This document shows, piece by piece, positions 18,154 to 26,282 of a stretch of DNA of 64,000 nt. A program made the translations under genes and the position numbers. Numbering within the stretch: position 1 is the first letter of the stretch; the number at the start of each line of letters is the position of its first letter. Under the pieces are notes generated by a model. That model had not been told where the DNA came from. It did no database searches and was given only the letters and a program-made list of their open reading frames with translations. Location of the stretch: positions 1 through 64,000 of the IMG/VR virus record IMGVR_UViG_3300047160_007353; one strand, given 5' to 3'. Source of the stretch: a virus (taxonomy: Duplodnaviria > Caudoviricetes).

Positions 18154-21100
18154 ATGCCTCCCGGCCTCGATTTGGACTTTGGCATCGGAAACTTCTCGCC
18201 GTCCCTCGGCATGCCCCAGAGGCAGTACGGATACAACCTGCCGCAGGAGCCCGGCGAGAGGGAGTCCTTTGGCCAGGGCTTGATCGAGCGCAGCAAGGGG
18301 GCTCTCGGCTCCATCCTGCATGCCCTGGACTGGCCAGGATCCAAGGTCAGGGGCATACTCGGCGGCAAGCCAGGAGAGTCCCTGACCGGTCGTCAGCTAT
18401 TGAATCAATACGGAGTCACCAACCCTGGCGACAGGGGGTGGGGCTCCTGGGGCGCCGGCCTCGCGGCCGACATCGCTACCGACCCGCTCATGTACGCCAC
18501 CTTCGGCGCCAAGCACGCTCTTACCGGTGGAGGTAGAGCGCTCGAAAAGCTCGGCACGTTCCGAGGGTGGAACCGCAAAGCCATGCTGGAGGGTTTTCAT
18601 GGTGTTGAGTCTGATCTGTCTGCTACTCGTAGCCCTGAGTACATTCGCCATCTCCGCGATGCTGGCCAACGCATTGCAACCCCCGGACAGGAGGCTGCCT
18701 ACCAGGCTGCTACTGGGAAGGCTCTTCGTCCAAACACTCCGATGTCTGGCCTGGCCCGCTTCTCTGTACCTTTCCAGCCTGAGCTTGGCTTTACGGTTGG
18801 TTCCGGAAGACTTGCTCGTAGAATTGCAGGAGGACTCGACCGGGCGGGAGATTTCCTCAGCGTTGGGAATCCCGTATCACGAATGCTCGGAGCCGGTTTC
18901 GATTGGCGAAGACGATCTGCGGTAGACGAGATCAGCCAGAGGGCCGCGATGGCGACGACTCCTTACCGCAAGGCACAGGAGTCGGTCGCTCGCACCAGCG
19001 AGTACCGAACCCTCGATCCGATCAACAAACTCCTTCAGAAGTACCCCAAGAACGAGCACAACATTCAGCGTGCGGTCCAGATCAACGTCGAGAACACCTC
19101 GCCTCTTGCCCTCCTGTCCAGAGCCAAGAACCCGGCACAGAGGCGAGGGCTTGAGCGCCTCCTCAAGGAAACCCAACCCATAGGAGAAGAGATCCGGCTG
19201 AAGGAATCCGAGCAGCTAGCCGAGGCTCACGCCAAGGGGTTGAATCTCCAGAACTCGAACGATCCGTACGCTGAGTACGGGCCTCGGCAATCGACCGAGG
19301 CTTTGCTTGCAGCCAGAGAAGGAAGGGGCGGTCTTCAGCTACAAGAGAGGGGAGTTCTCTTCCCGGGAGGTTCCGGTGCGAACATGCATCGCAAGGACCC
19401 CTTGCGTGGTATACCAGGTGGCACAGACCGGATCAACGATTGGGTCAACAGGTTCGCAGGAGACAAACGAACCAGGAACGCCGTATTCTCTGATATGCTC
19501 GATGATTATATGCATATGCGCGGCGGTTCTGTTCCGACTTCTGATGAGACTCTGGCCCTCTTCAACAAGTCCGGAGAAGTGGAAACATTCCTTAAGGGAC
19601 TTGCACCGAAGACCTACCTCGGTAAGATCAAGCAGCATCCATACTTCTCTCTGGATACTGCGGCGAATGTGCGGCGATCCGGAGAGCAGCATGCCCGAAC
19701 CACATCATCCGCCGAGTCGCTATACAAGGGGATCGGATGGGCAGGACGAAAGGTAACGCCGGCAGAGCTGGCTTCCGGCGAATTCACTGACATCAACTCG
19801 GCGCTCAAGCAGCTCGGTCTCAGGACCTACAAGACCGGCGACCCCAAGGCGTTCTGGAAGGGCGCCCGCGTCGAAGCCTACCGAGCCCTGGCTCCCAAGG
19901 GGGCCGGCGAGGTAGAGCCCCTCATGTCCAGGTACAGCAAGAGGCTCAAAGCTAGCGTCCCTTCCAAGGCTCTTGAGAAGGAGCTGTCCACGGCATGGGG
20001 AATCCCGACGAAGGAACTGGGCAACCTCAAGAAGAGGTACGCCAACTGGATCTTGCCAGAGGAGGGGATCAAGCCAGTCCGGATATGGGACTCGCTGACG
20101 AACAGCTTCAAGGCCCTGTCGTACCCGATCTGGCTAGCTTCACACGTCCGAAACGCAACGACGGCGGCGTACCACAATCTGCTTACTGGCGTAAAAGGAA
20201 AGGACTATGCCAAGCAGTTCAACCTGATGCGTGGAAACTTGCCCGAGTCTGTAGCCGCCGGCATCCGAGAAGGCCAGTATGGGCACGGGCGAATATTCGA
20301 GGAAGGGGGGCCGCACTTGGAGTTGGCGGGAAGTTCTTTGCCCCACCCCGTACCCTCGGGTCGCTCGTGGACGAAATATACCCCGGGGACGAACCGCTAC
20401 GGGCCTGGTCAGAGTGGGCCGACTGGGAGCTTTCTGGGAGACGTGGGCCATCTCCTCTGGAATGAAGGAGCACTCCAATTCGGGAAGGACGTGAAGAAAT
20501 TCGCGGGCGACGTGGGGTCGGAGGTCAAGAAGCAGGGACTCGGCGGGTTCATCAAGAACCTCCCGAGTACCATGGAGAACTGGAAGGGGGCACCGAACCC
20601 GTTCGGGATCAGAGGCGTGGGAGGTCGTCAGCAAGACGTCTTCGGTCCAGTCAAAGTGGGGAGACAGATCAGCACGAACCTTGAGAACTTCTTCCGAGGC
20701 GCGCAGTTCGAGGGTCTCAAGCGGCAGGGCTACTCCTCCGAGATGGCAGTCGAGGTGTTGCGGAAACGCCACTTTGACTACGGGGACCTCGCCCGGTTCG
20801 AGAAGAACGTGGCTCGCCGCGCCGTTCCCTTCTACACCTTCGCCCGGAAGAACCTACCATTACAATTAGAGACGCTCGCGACGCAGCCGGGCGCCTTCAG
20901 TGCCCCGTTCAAGCCGGCAATGGTTGACAGGGACAAGCAGGAATACATTCCCGAGTATCTGGACCAGGGCTTCGTGATGCCGCTCGGTCCAGAGCAGGAT
21001 GGATCGAGGCGATTCCTTTCGAGTCTTGGGCTTCCTCAGGAGGAAGCCTTCAGGGAGTTCAGCACTTGGAACGGACGACCGGACATCGGCAGCAGCCTGA

Positions 21101-21627
21101 TGCACATGGCGGGCAACCTCAACCCGATCATCAAGGGACCACTGGAGCAGCTCGCCGACAGGCAGTTCTTCAGCGGCCGGCGGCTGTCAGACTTGAGACC
21201 TACTGCTACTGGAAAGGGGATTGCCTCCCTGTTCTCCGACGAATACTCTCAGCCCGTGAGCCAGTTTATCAGCAACACTCCGTTGACACGCTTTGCGACG
21301 TCATTGGACAAGCTTTTAGATACGCAAGGGCTGAACGCGAATGGAAGGAAGCCTGGTTGGGCAACAGGGATCAACCTCGCGACGGGTGCCCGTATTACTG
21401 ACGTGGACCTGGAGAAGCAGCGATACTTCGAGCAGCGCGACGCCGTGAGGCGGCTCATGGATTCGATGCCACACCTCAGTAAGTACACGGAGTATTACCC
21501 GAGGCCCGAACAGAAGGCACAGCTCACGCCAGAGGAGATAGACGCACTCCAGATGTCGAAGTACCTGAGAGACCGAGCCACGAAGTACATGGAGCGCAGG
21601 AGAATGCAGCAGGGGGTTCTGCCATGA
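18154..21627 (+). CDS. Large internal virion / ejection protein
   Basis: 1157 aa. C-terminal FDYGDLARFEKNVARRAVPFYTFARKNLPLQ motif is typical of podovirus large ejection proteins. Its N-terminus is paralogous to that of 13632-17279. Confidence 0.65.
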   Translation: MPPGLDLDFGIGNFSPSLGMPQRQYGYNLPQEPGERESFGQGLIERSKGALGSILHALDWPGSKVRGILGGKPGESLTGRQLLNQYGVTNPGDRGWGSWGAGLAADIATDPLMYATFGAKHALTGGGRALEKLGTFRGWNRKAMLEGFHGVESDLSATRSPEYIRHLRDAGQRIATPGQEAAYQAATGKALRPNTPMSGLARFSVPFQPELGFTVGSGRLARRIAGGLDRAGDFLSVGNPVSRMLGAGFDWRRRSAVDEISQRAAMATTPYRKAQESVARTSEYRTLDPINKLLQKYPKNEHNIQRAVQINVENTSPLALLSRAKNPAQRRGLERLLKETQPIGEEIRLKESEQLAEAHAKGLNLQNSNDPYAEYGPRQSTEALLAAREGRGGLQLQERGVLFPGGSGANMHRKDPLRGIPGGTDRINDWVNRFAGDKRTRNAVFSDMLDDYMHMRGGSVPTSDETLALFNKSGEVETFLKGLAPKTYLGKIKQHPYFSLDTAANVRRSGEQHARTTSSAESLYKGIGWAGRKVTPAELASGEFTDINSALKQLGLRTYKTGDPKAFWKGARVEAYRALAPKGAGEVEPLMSRYSKRLKASVPSKALEKELSTAWGIPTKELGNLKKRYANWILPEEGIKPVRIWDSLTNSFKALSYPIWLASHVRNATTAAYHNLLTGVKGKDYAKQFNLMRGNLPESVAAGIREGQYGHGRIFEEGGPHLELAGSSLPHPVPSGRSWTKYTPGTNRYGPGQSGPTGSFLGDVGHLLWNEGALQFGKDVKKFAGDVGSEVKKQGLGGFIKNLPSTMENWKGAPNPFGIRGVGGRQQDVFGPVKVGRQISTNLENFFRGAQFEGLKRQGYSSEMAVEVLRKRHFDYGDLARFEKNVARRAVPFYTFARKNLPLQLETLATQPGAFSAPFKPAMVDRDKQEYIPEYLDQGFVMPLGPEQDGSRRFLSSLGLPQEEAFREFSTWNGRPDIGSSLMHMAGNLNPIIKGPLEQLADRQFFSGRRLSDLRPTATGKGIASLFSDEYSQPVSQFISNTPLTRFATSLDKLLDTQGLNANGRKPGWATGINLATGARITDVDLEKQRYFEQRDAVRRLMDSMPHLSKYTEYYPRPEQKAQLTPEEIDALQMSKYLRDRATKYMERRRMQQGVLP

Positions 21628-21986
21628 CACTGAACCAGCTCGCCGTTCTCTGCAAGAACTGGCAGTCCGTCCTCCGTCTCAAGGACTGGGACATCAAGGT
21701 TGGCTTCTCGACCAGGAACGAAATGGTGGAGGGCGCCCGCGGGCTTTGCATCCCCGAGATCGAGACCAAGACAGCCATCATCAGGGTGCTCGAAGAGAAG
21801 TGCTACGATGATGGACCGTGGCCCTACGACGCAGAGGAGACGCTCATTCATGAGCTTCTTCACCTTCACTTCCTCCCGATGAAGATCCAGCCTGACACCG
21901 CAGAGAACACTGCCCAGGAGCAGGCAATCAATCTGATCTCGGCCGCCCTCGTCGAACTCAAGAAGGTGGCCAAGAGAAAGGGCTGA
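21624..21986 (+). CDS. Small HExxH zincin-like metallopeptidase
   Basis: EETLIHELLHLHF motif, 120 aa. Confidence 0.65.
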   Translation: MTLNQLAVLCKNWQSVLRLKDWDIKVGFSTRNEMVEGARGLCIPEIETKTAIIRVLEEKCYDDGPWPYDAEETLIHELLHLHFLPMKIQPDTAENTAQEQAINLISAALVELKKVAKRKG

Positions 21987-21992
21987 CGCGAA

Positions 21993-22934
21993 GTGATCAT
22001 CACGAACCACGTCGAGCGTGCCGAGCTAGGTCAGCCCTTCTTCAGATTCCTGATGTCTGACCTTCACCTCGGCAGCGTGAATGCTGACCACAACCTGATC
22101 ACCAGAGACCTGAGGAGGGCCAAAGATGTTGGAGCCCGAGTCCTCATCAACGGGGACATCTTCGACTGCATCGGAGCCAAGGACAAGAGATACGATCTCT
22201 CTGTCCTACATCCGGAGGTGGCAAGACGAAAGGACCTCACTTCAGCAATCGTCGATGTCGCGTTCGACCTACTCCTGCCCTTCGCAGAAATCATCGATGT
22301 TGTGGGGATAGGCAACCACGAGGAGACCTGGATTGCTTACTGTAACACTGACCCAGTCGCCCGGCTCATCGAACGTCTTAATGCGAGTGCAGCAACATCG
22401 ATTCGGCATGGTAGTTCCTGGGGCTACATACGAACACGTTTTCTCGTTGGCGGGCACCGCAGACGTCCCTCTCACAGACTTCTTTACCTTCACGGAACGG
22501 GAGGCGATAGCCCCGTTACCAAAGGCACAATCGATTTCGCACGCAAGGGACGTAACTGGCGTTACGACTGCCTGACGTTCGGCCACAAGCACAACTACGT
22601 GTGTTCGGCCGATCAGATCGGCGACGTATCCGATGCTGGCCGGTACAGGGAGCGGCGCCAGCTCAACATCCAGACGGGCTCGTACTACCGGAACTACCGG
22701 CAGCTCGGGCAGAAGGATGTCCTAGACTACTCATACGCAGCCCGCTCGGCCCACCCTCCCAAGCCGTTGGGCGGCGTCTTCCTGATCCTGAAACCGATCG
22801 AAGGCGAGGACGGCCTGGAGATCGAGCAGGACTTCGCGAGCAACATCGTTCACCCATGGAAACCCAAGGCCAAGCGAGGCAATGAACAAAAAGCGAAACA
22901 GCAAGATCAGGACGTACACGGGTCTGATGTTTGA
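21993..22934 (+). CDS. Calcineurin-like metallophosphoesterase
   Basis: Motifs SDLHLG, NGDIFD, GNHE, YLHG and GHKH in canonical order. Confidence 0.85.
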   Translation: MIITNHVERAELGQPFFRFLMSDLHLGSVNADHNLITRDLRRAKDVGARVLINGDIFDCIGAKDKRYDLSVLHPEVARRKDLTSAIVDVAFDLLLPFAEIIDVVGIGNHEETWIAYCNTDPVARLIERLNASAATSIRHGSSWGYIRTRFLVGGHRRRPSHRLLYLHGTGGDSPVTKGTIDFARKGRNWRYDCLTFGHKHNYVCSADQIGDVSDAGRYRERRQLNIQTGSYYRNYRQLGQKDVLDYSYAARSAHPPKPLGGVFLILKPIEGEDGLEIEQDFASNIVHPWKPKAKRGNEQKAKQQDQDVHGSDV

Positions 22935-23445
22935 CCCTCTGAACCCTGATCCAGACCTGATCAACATCGAGGACATCGCCCATGCTCTGTCAATGCAATG
23001 CCGGTTTTCGGGGCATACGACTTTTCATTACAGTGTGGGCAGTCACAGTCTTGTTGTGTGCCGCCTGTGTCCGGCTGAACATCAACTCTGGGGACTGCTG
23101 CACGACGCAAGCGAAGCCTACCTCGTCGACCTGCCAAGCCCCGTCAAGAAGTGCTCCGAGTTCAAGGTGTTCCGGCGGTACGAACAACGCCTGCACGAAG
23201 CAATCCATTACAGGTTCAAGGTGCAGAGCCAGATCGACGAGCCGGCCGTCAAGCACGCAGACGCGGTAGCTCTGGCCGCCGAGAAGCGTCAGACAATGGG
23301 GCTAACCTCGTCGCTGGAAGGCTTGGACTGGCGCGAGGTAGAGGCTGCCGAGAGCCTCATTCACATGAATCCGACCTGGTACGTCGAGCGCGCGTTTCTG
23401 GAGATGTTCCGCAGGCTGAGCGCAAAAAATGAGGCCCAACCTTGA
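22882..23445 (+). CDS. HD-domain 5'-deoxynucleotidase-like phosphohydrolase (YfbR/YfdR-like)
   Basis: IEDIAHALS..CRFSGH...YSVGSHS...LLHDASEAYLVDLPSPVK. Confidence 0.85.
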   Translation: MNKKRNSKIRTYTGLMFDPLNPDPDLINIEDIAHALSMQCRFSGHTTFHYSVGSHSLVVCRLCPAEHQLWGLLHDASEAYLVDLPSPVKKCSEFKVFRRYEQRLHEAIHYRFKVQSQIDEPAVKHADAVALAAEKRQTMGLTSSLEGLDWREVEAAESLIHMNPTWYVERAFLEMFRRLSAKNEAQP

Positions 23446-23564
23446 CAGAGCTGATGACATGGGTGGTCATCATCCTGCTGGTTGGGCCTCTATTGGGCTT
23501 CGCTATTTTCGCTGCGCTCCTGAGCCTGGTATTCTATCTCCAGGCTAGATCACGCCGGCCTTGA
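23442..23564 (+). CDS. Small membrane peptide (40 aa)
   Basis: MTELMTWVVIILLVGPLLGFAIFAALLSLVFYLQARSRRP; start overlaps the HD gene stop. Confidence 0.35.
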   Translation: MTELMTWVVIILLVGPLLGFAIFAALLSLVFYLQARSRRP

Positions 23565-23760
23565 GTTCGTCCAGGCGTCTCGCAAGCCGATCCTCGACGG
23601 ACTCCCCATCGACGACCCGAAGCGAGCCGCTCTTGAACCTTGTAAGCTCGGGGACGTGGTCCCCGTGGATGTCGATGTAGCTGATGGGGTCGTCGTCCTT
23701 GGCTCCATAGGTTTCCATGAGAGCCTTGAAGTCGCCCCAGTTCATGTGCTCGCGTATCAT
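23545..23760 (-). CDS. Hypothetical protein
   Basis: 71 aa, last gene of the coupled minus-strand array. Confidence 0.55.
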   Translation of the reverse strand: MIREHMNWGDFKALMETYGAKDDDPISYIDIHGDHVPELTRFKSGSLRVVDGESVEDRLARRLDELKAGVI

Positions 23761-23954
23761 GGTTGGTCTCCTGGTTTGGTGGATATCTTGACGGTCTGCC
23801 CCGACGCGGCTGCTATCGGGATGTCAAACGTGAACTCGCGAACCGGCACGCCGCTTCGGTAACGGAACGAAGAGGTGCACCAGATTGTTTCCTGGCTAAA
23901 CAGCGACCCATCCTCGTTTGTGATTGTCACTTCCGCCTGAAACCTTTCAGTCAT
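23757..23954 (-). CDS. Hypothetical protein
   Basis: 65 aa, 4-nt overlap with the downstream gene. Confidence 0.5.
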   Translation of the reverse strand: MTERFQAEVTITNEDGSLFSQETIWCTSSFRYRSGVPVREFTFDIPIAAASGQTVKISTKPGDQP

Positions 23955-24137
23955 TGGCGCTCCTCAGTCTCGCCGCCGAAAGATCGGCCGGCGGTCAAAT
24001 TCGTTTTCCTTGCTGGTGTTGTTCACCACGATGGTGAATTGCTCGCATTCGTTTGTGATCTCGATTGGCTCACTCTCCCAGATCAGCTTTCCGTCTGGGT
24101 TGCGAACCTGGAACTTGCCGTAGTGCTTCTCCAACAG

Positions 24138-24491
24138 TCAGCCCTCCAGTCCTTTCTCGTAGGCTTCAGAGAGCACGCTTGCTCTCTCCATGATGGGTTC
24201 GAGGTTGTACGTGTAGTCGCTGATCGCGTCCCACCCTCCGTTGCCGTAGACCAGGTGCACCCAGCCGACGCGCTTGCCGCCTTTGTACATGATCAGGTGC
24301 TCGTCGTCGGCGGCAAACATGACACCGAGCACCTCCGTGGGGTTAGTGGATGGAGACGGCAGCTCCTCGCTGTCCCCTCCGTTGTCCACGTTGACTGAGT
24401 ACCCGGCCTTGATGGCGTCCAGGATGACGCGCCTGGCCAGTCCTGTCTCTGCTCTCTTGCGCTTGACGATGTCCAAGGTCAATACTCCCAT
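24138..24491 (-). CDS. Conserved phage hypothetical protein
   Basis: The pattern ILDAIKAGYSVNVDNG...GWVHLVYGNGGWDAISDY is recognisable from small phage early proteins. Confidence 0.65.
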   Translation of the reverse strand: MGVLTLDIVKRKRAETGLARRVILDAIKAGYSVNVDNGGDSEELPSPSTNPTEVLGVMFAADDEHLIMYKGGKRVGWVHLVYGNGGWDAISDYTYNLEPIMERASVLSEAYEKGLEG

Positions 24492-24709
24492 GAGTGGTCG
24501 TAGTATCCGTCGCCGTCGGGCTCGATGGTTTCGCCCATCTCTTCAAGCTCTCGACGGCCGTCCCCTCTGCTCGCTGACCAGCCGCAGTAGCAGCGGGCCA
24601 GCCCGTAGTGGTTTTCGCAGTCGTCACAGACAAAGCACCCGCAGTAGCGGGAGAAGTGACAGGTCCCGCCGCACAGGCACGTCTTGGTTTGTTCATTGAG
24701 TCTTTGCAC
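24479..24709 (-). CDS. Cys-rich zinc-binding small protein
   Basis: CLCGGTC...CGCFVCDDC...CYCGW. Confidence 0.55.
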   Translation of the reverse strand: MQRLNEQTKTCLCGGTCHFSRYCGCFVCDDCENHYGLARCYCGWSASRGDGRRELEEMGETIEPDGDGYYDHSWEY

Positions 24710-24893
24710 GGTGTACCTCCTCGCGGATCTTGTCGTAACACGCGACGTAGCACTCGTAGTGGCGGTTGATCAGCCTCACGAAGTCGGCGGGTTGGAGGCT
24801 TCTTTTCACCAGGTCTTCGACCTCCACGCAAGCCCTCCGATTGAAAACCTCGGTTATCGAATCAATCCGCTTGTCGTATTCGTCCTCAGTCAT
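24693..24893 (-). CDS. Hypothetical protein
   Basis: MTEDEYDKR...; ATG overlaps the sigma-factor stop. Confidence 0.5.
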   Translation of the reverse strand: MTEDEYDKRIDSITEVFNRRACVEVEDLVKRSLQPADFVRLINRHYECYVACYDKIREEVHRAKTQ

Positions 24894-25408
24894 TGTGGTT
24901 CGATCTCCTCGTAGCTCGCGTTCGAGGTTTCTAGCGCCATCCGCACGGTCTCTTCCTTCTCTTGCGAGAAGTCGAGGTAAGCAGCAATCTCCCTGTGGGT
25001 TGGCTCTCGTCCGATGATCTCGGCCAGCAATCGCTTTGCTCGCTCCCACTTCGCAAGCAGGGTCACAACGTAGGCGGGCAGCTTGATGGGCTTGCCCGAA
25101 GACAGGACGATCCGCCGCATGGACTGCCTGATCCAAGCGGCGGCGAACGTCGAAAACCTCGTCCCCAGGGACAGGTCATAGGCGTCGATGGCTCTCATGA
25201 GCCCGAGGTTTCCCTCGCTGATCAGGTCCTCGCGGCCGACGCCGCTTTCCTTGTACTTCGCGGAAAGCCTGATCACCAACCGCAGGTTGGCCTTGATGGC
25301 GACCTCTCTTGCTTCGGGGTCACCGTCGGCGATCCTCTTGAACACCTCGATCTCCTGCTCGCGTGTCAAGAGGGGAGTCTTGGAGACGTCCGAGAAGTAT
25401 TCTCTCAT
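24890..25408 (-). CDS. Sigma70-family factor (regions 1.2, 2 and 3.0), lacking region 4
   Basis: YFSDVSKTPLLTREQE (r1.2), ANLRLVIRLSAKY...EDLISEGNLGLMRAIDAYD..GTRFSTFAAAWIRQSM (r2), REPTHREIAAYLD (r3), then a stop after 172 aa. Confidence 0.85.
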   Translation of the reverse strand: MREYFSDVSKTPLLTREQEIEVFKRIADGDPEAREVAIKANLRLVIRLSAKYKESGVGREDLISEGNLGLMRAIDAYDLSLGTRFSTFAAAWIRQSMRRIVLSSGKPIKLPAYVVTLLAKWERAKRLLAEIIGREPTHREIAAYLDFSQEKEETVRMALETSNASYEEIEPQ

Positions 25409-25635
25409 TGCTTCTCCATCAATCTCTTGGTCTCTTCGACGAGGGCCTTCTGGTAGATCGGCCACGCCTCTTCGTGCTCATCTCTTGGTAGGCGCAGCTC
25501 GCAGCTTGCCTCGAAGAACGCTCGCTCATCCCAGTCTGTCGTTGCCGGATCGAGCGCCTCACCGAACTCGCCAACAAATAGCATGGCGTCTGCCTTGGCG
25601 CTTTTCAAGATCATTGCTCTGGTTTTGTGCTTCAC
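25405..25635 (-). CDS. Hypothetical protein
   Basis: 76 aa, ATGA overlap with the sigma gene. Confidence 0.55.
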   Translation of the reverse strand: MKHKTRAMILKSAKADAMLFVGEFGEALDPATTDWDERAFFEASCELRLPRDEHEEAWPIYQKALVEETKRLMEKQ

Positions 25636-25740
25636 CCTGCATTGTCCTCGCTAGGCGTCACGCGCCTAATCAAGAAGTCCTTCAGCAACCCGAAGGGCTA
25701 CTGAAGGACTTCCATGAGATCGGCGCAAACTGTGGCGGCA

Positions 25741-26043
25741 TCAGATGTTGGCGAAGTAAGCCGCTTCTCCCCCGCCGAACCCGAAAGGGGTTTGCTGAAT
25801 CATGGCCTTGCCATCCGATGACCAGACGGTCAGGATTGCAGCGACCACGTTGGACCCGTAGGCCCGCTTGTCGAACCACTGGTCAAACGAACCGATCACA
25901 TGGTCAAGTGTCTCCCCTGGCTGCTGGTTGCGCCAGGCGAAGAGGCCGCCCTCAAGGGTCTGGGGCGGCACACTGACCTCGACTGCCGGGTTGACGCCAT
26001 CGACCTGCGTCCAGTCGATGTGTCCGATCGTCCATGCTGTCAT
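25741..26043 (-). CDS. Hypothetical protein
   Basis: 100 aa, coupled ORF. Confidence 0.55.
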   Translation of the reverse strand: MTAWTIGHIDWTQVDGVNPAVEVSVPPQTLEGGLFAWRNQQPGETLDHVIGSFDQWFDKRAYGSNVVAAILTVWSSDGKAMIQQTPFGFGGGEAAYFANI

Positions 26044-26279
26044 AGAATCTCCTTGAAGTTCATGTAGCTGTCAAAGACAGGGAGGCTCATCTTCCAGTAC
26101 CGGCTATGCGATCCATTCGTGACCGGTTCTCCTGACGCCTCCCTGATCAGACCAAGAACTTTCTGGGCTTCCGCTTGGGCCTCCCATTCCTGATTGGCGA
26201 CGACGACCCCTAGCATGCTGCTCAGCTCGCCCAAATTTTCCTTGTCGCGTTGCTCGTAGATTGCGACTACATACGGCAT
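26040..26279 (-). CDS. Hypothetical protein
   Basis: 79 aa, coupled ORF. Confidence 0.55.
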   Translation of the reverse strand: MPYVVAIYEQRDKENLGELSSMLGVVVANQEWEAQAEAQKVLGLIREASGEPVTNGSHSRYWKMSLPVFDSYMNFKEIL

Positions 26280-26282
26280 TGA

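Noticed and set aside
17383-23445. dZ (2-aminoadenine) genome pathway
   Set aside because: DUF5664 and HD hydrolases are present but no PurZ/PurA-like gene is in the window, and both families occur widely without Z. The adenine methylase-type genes also argue against it.
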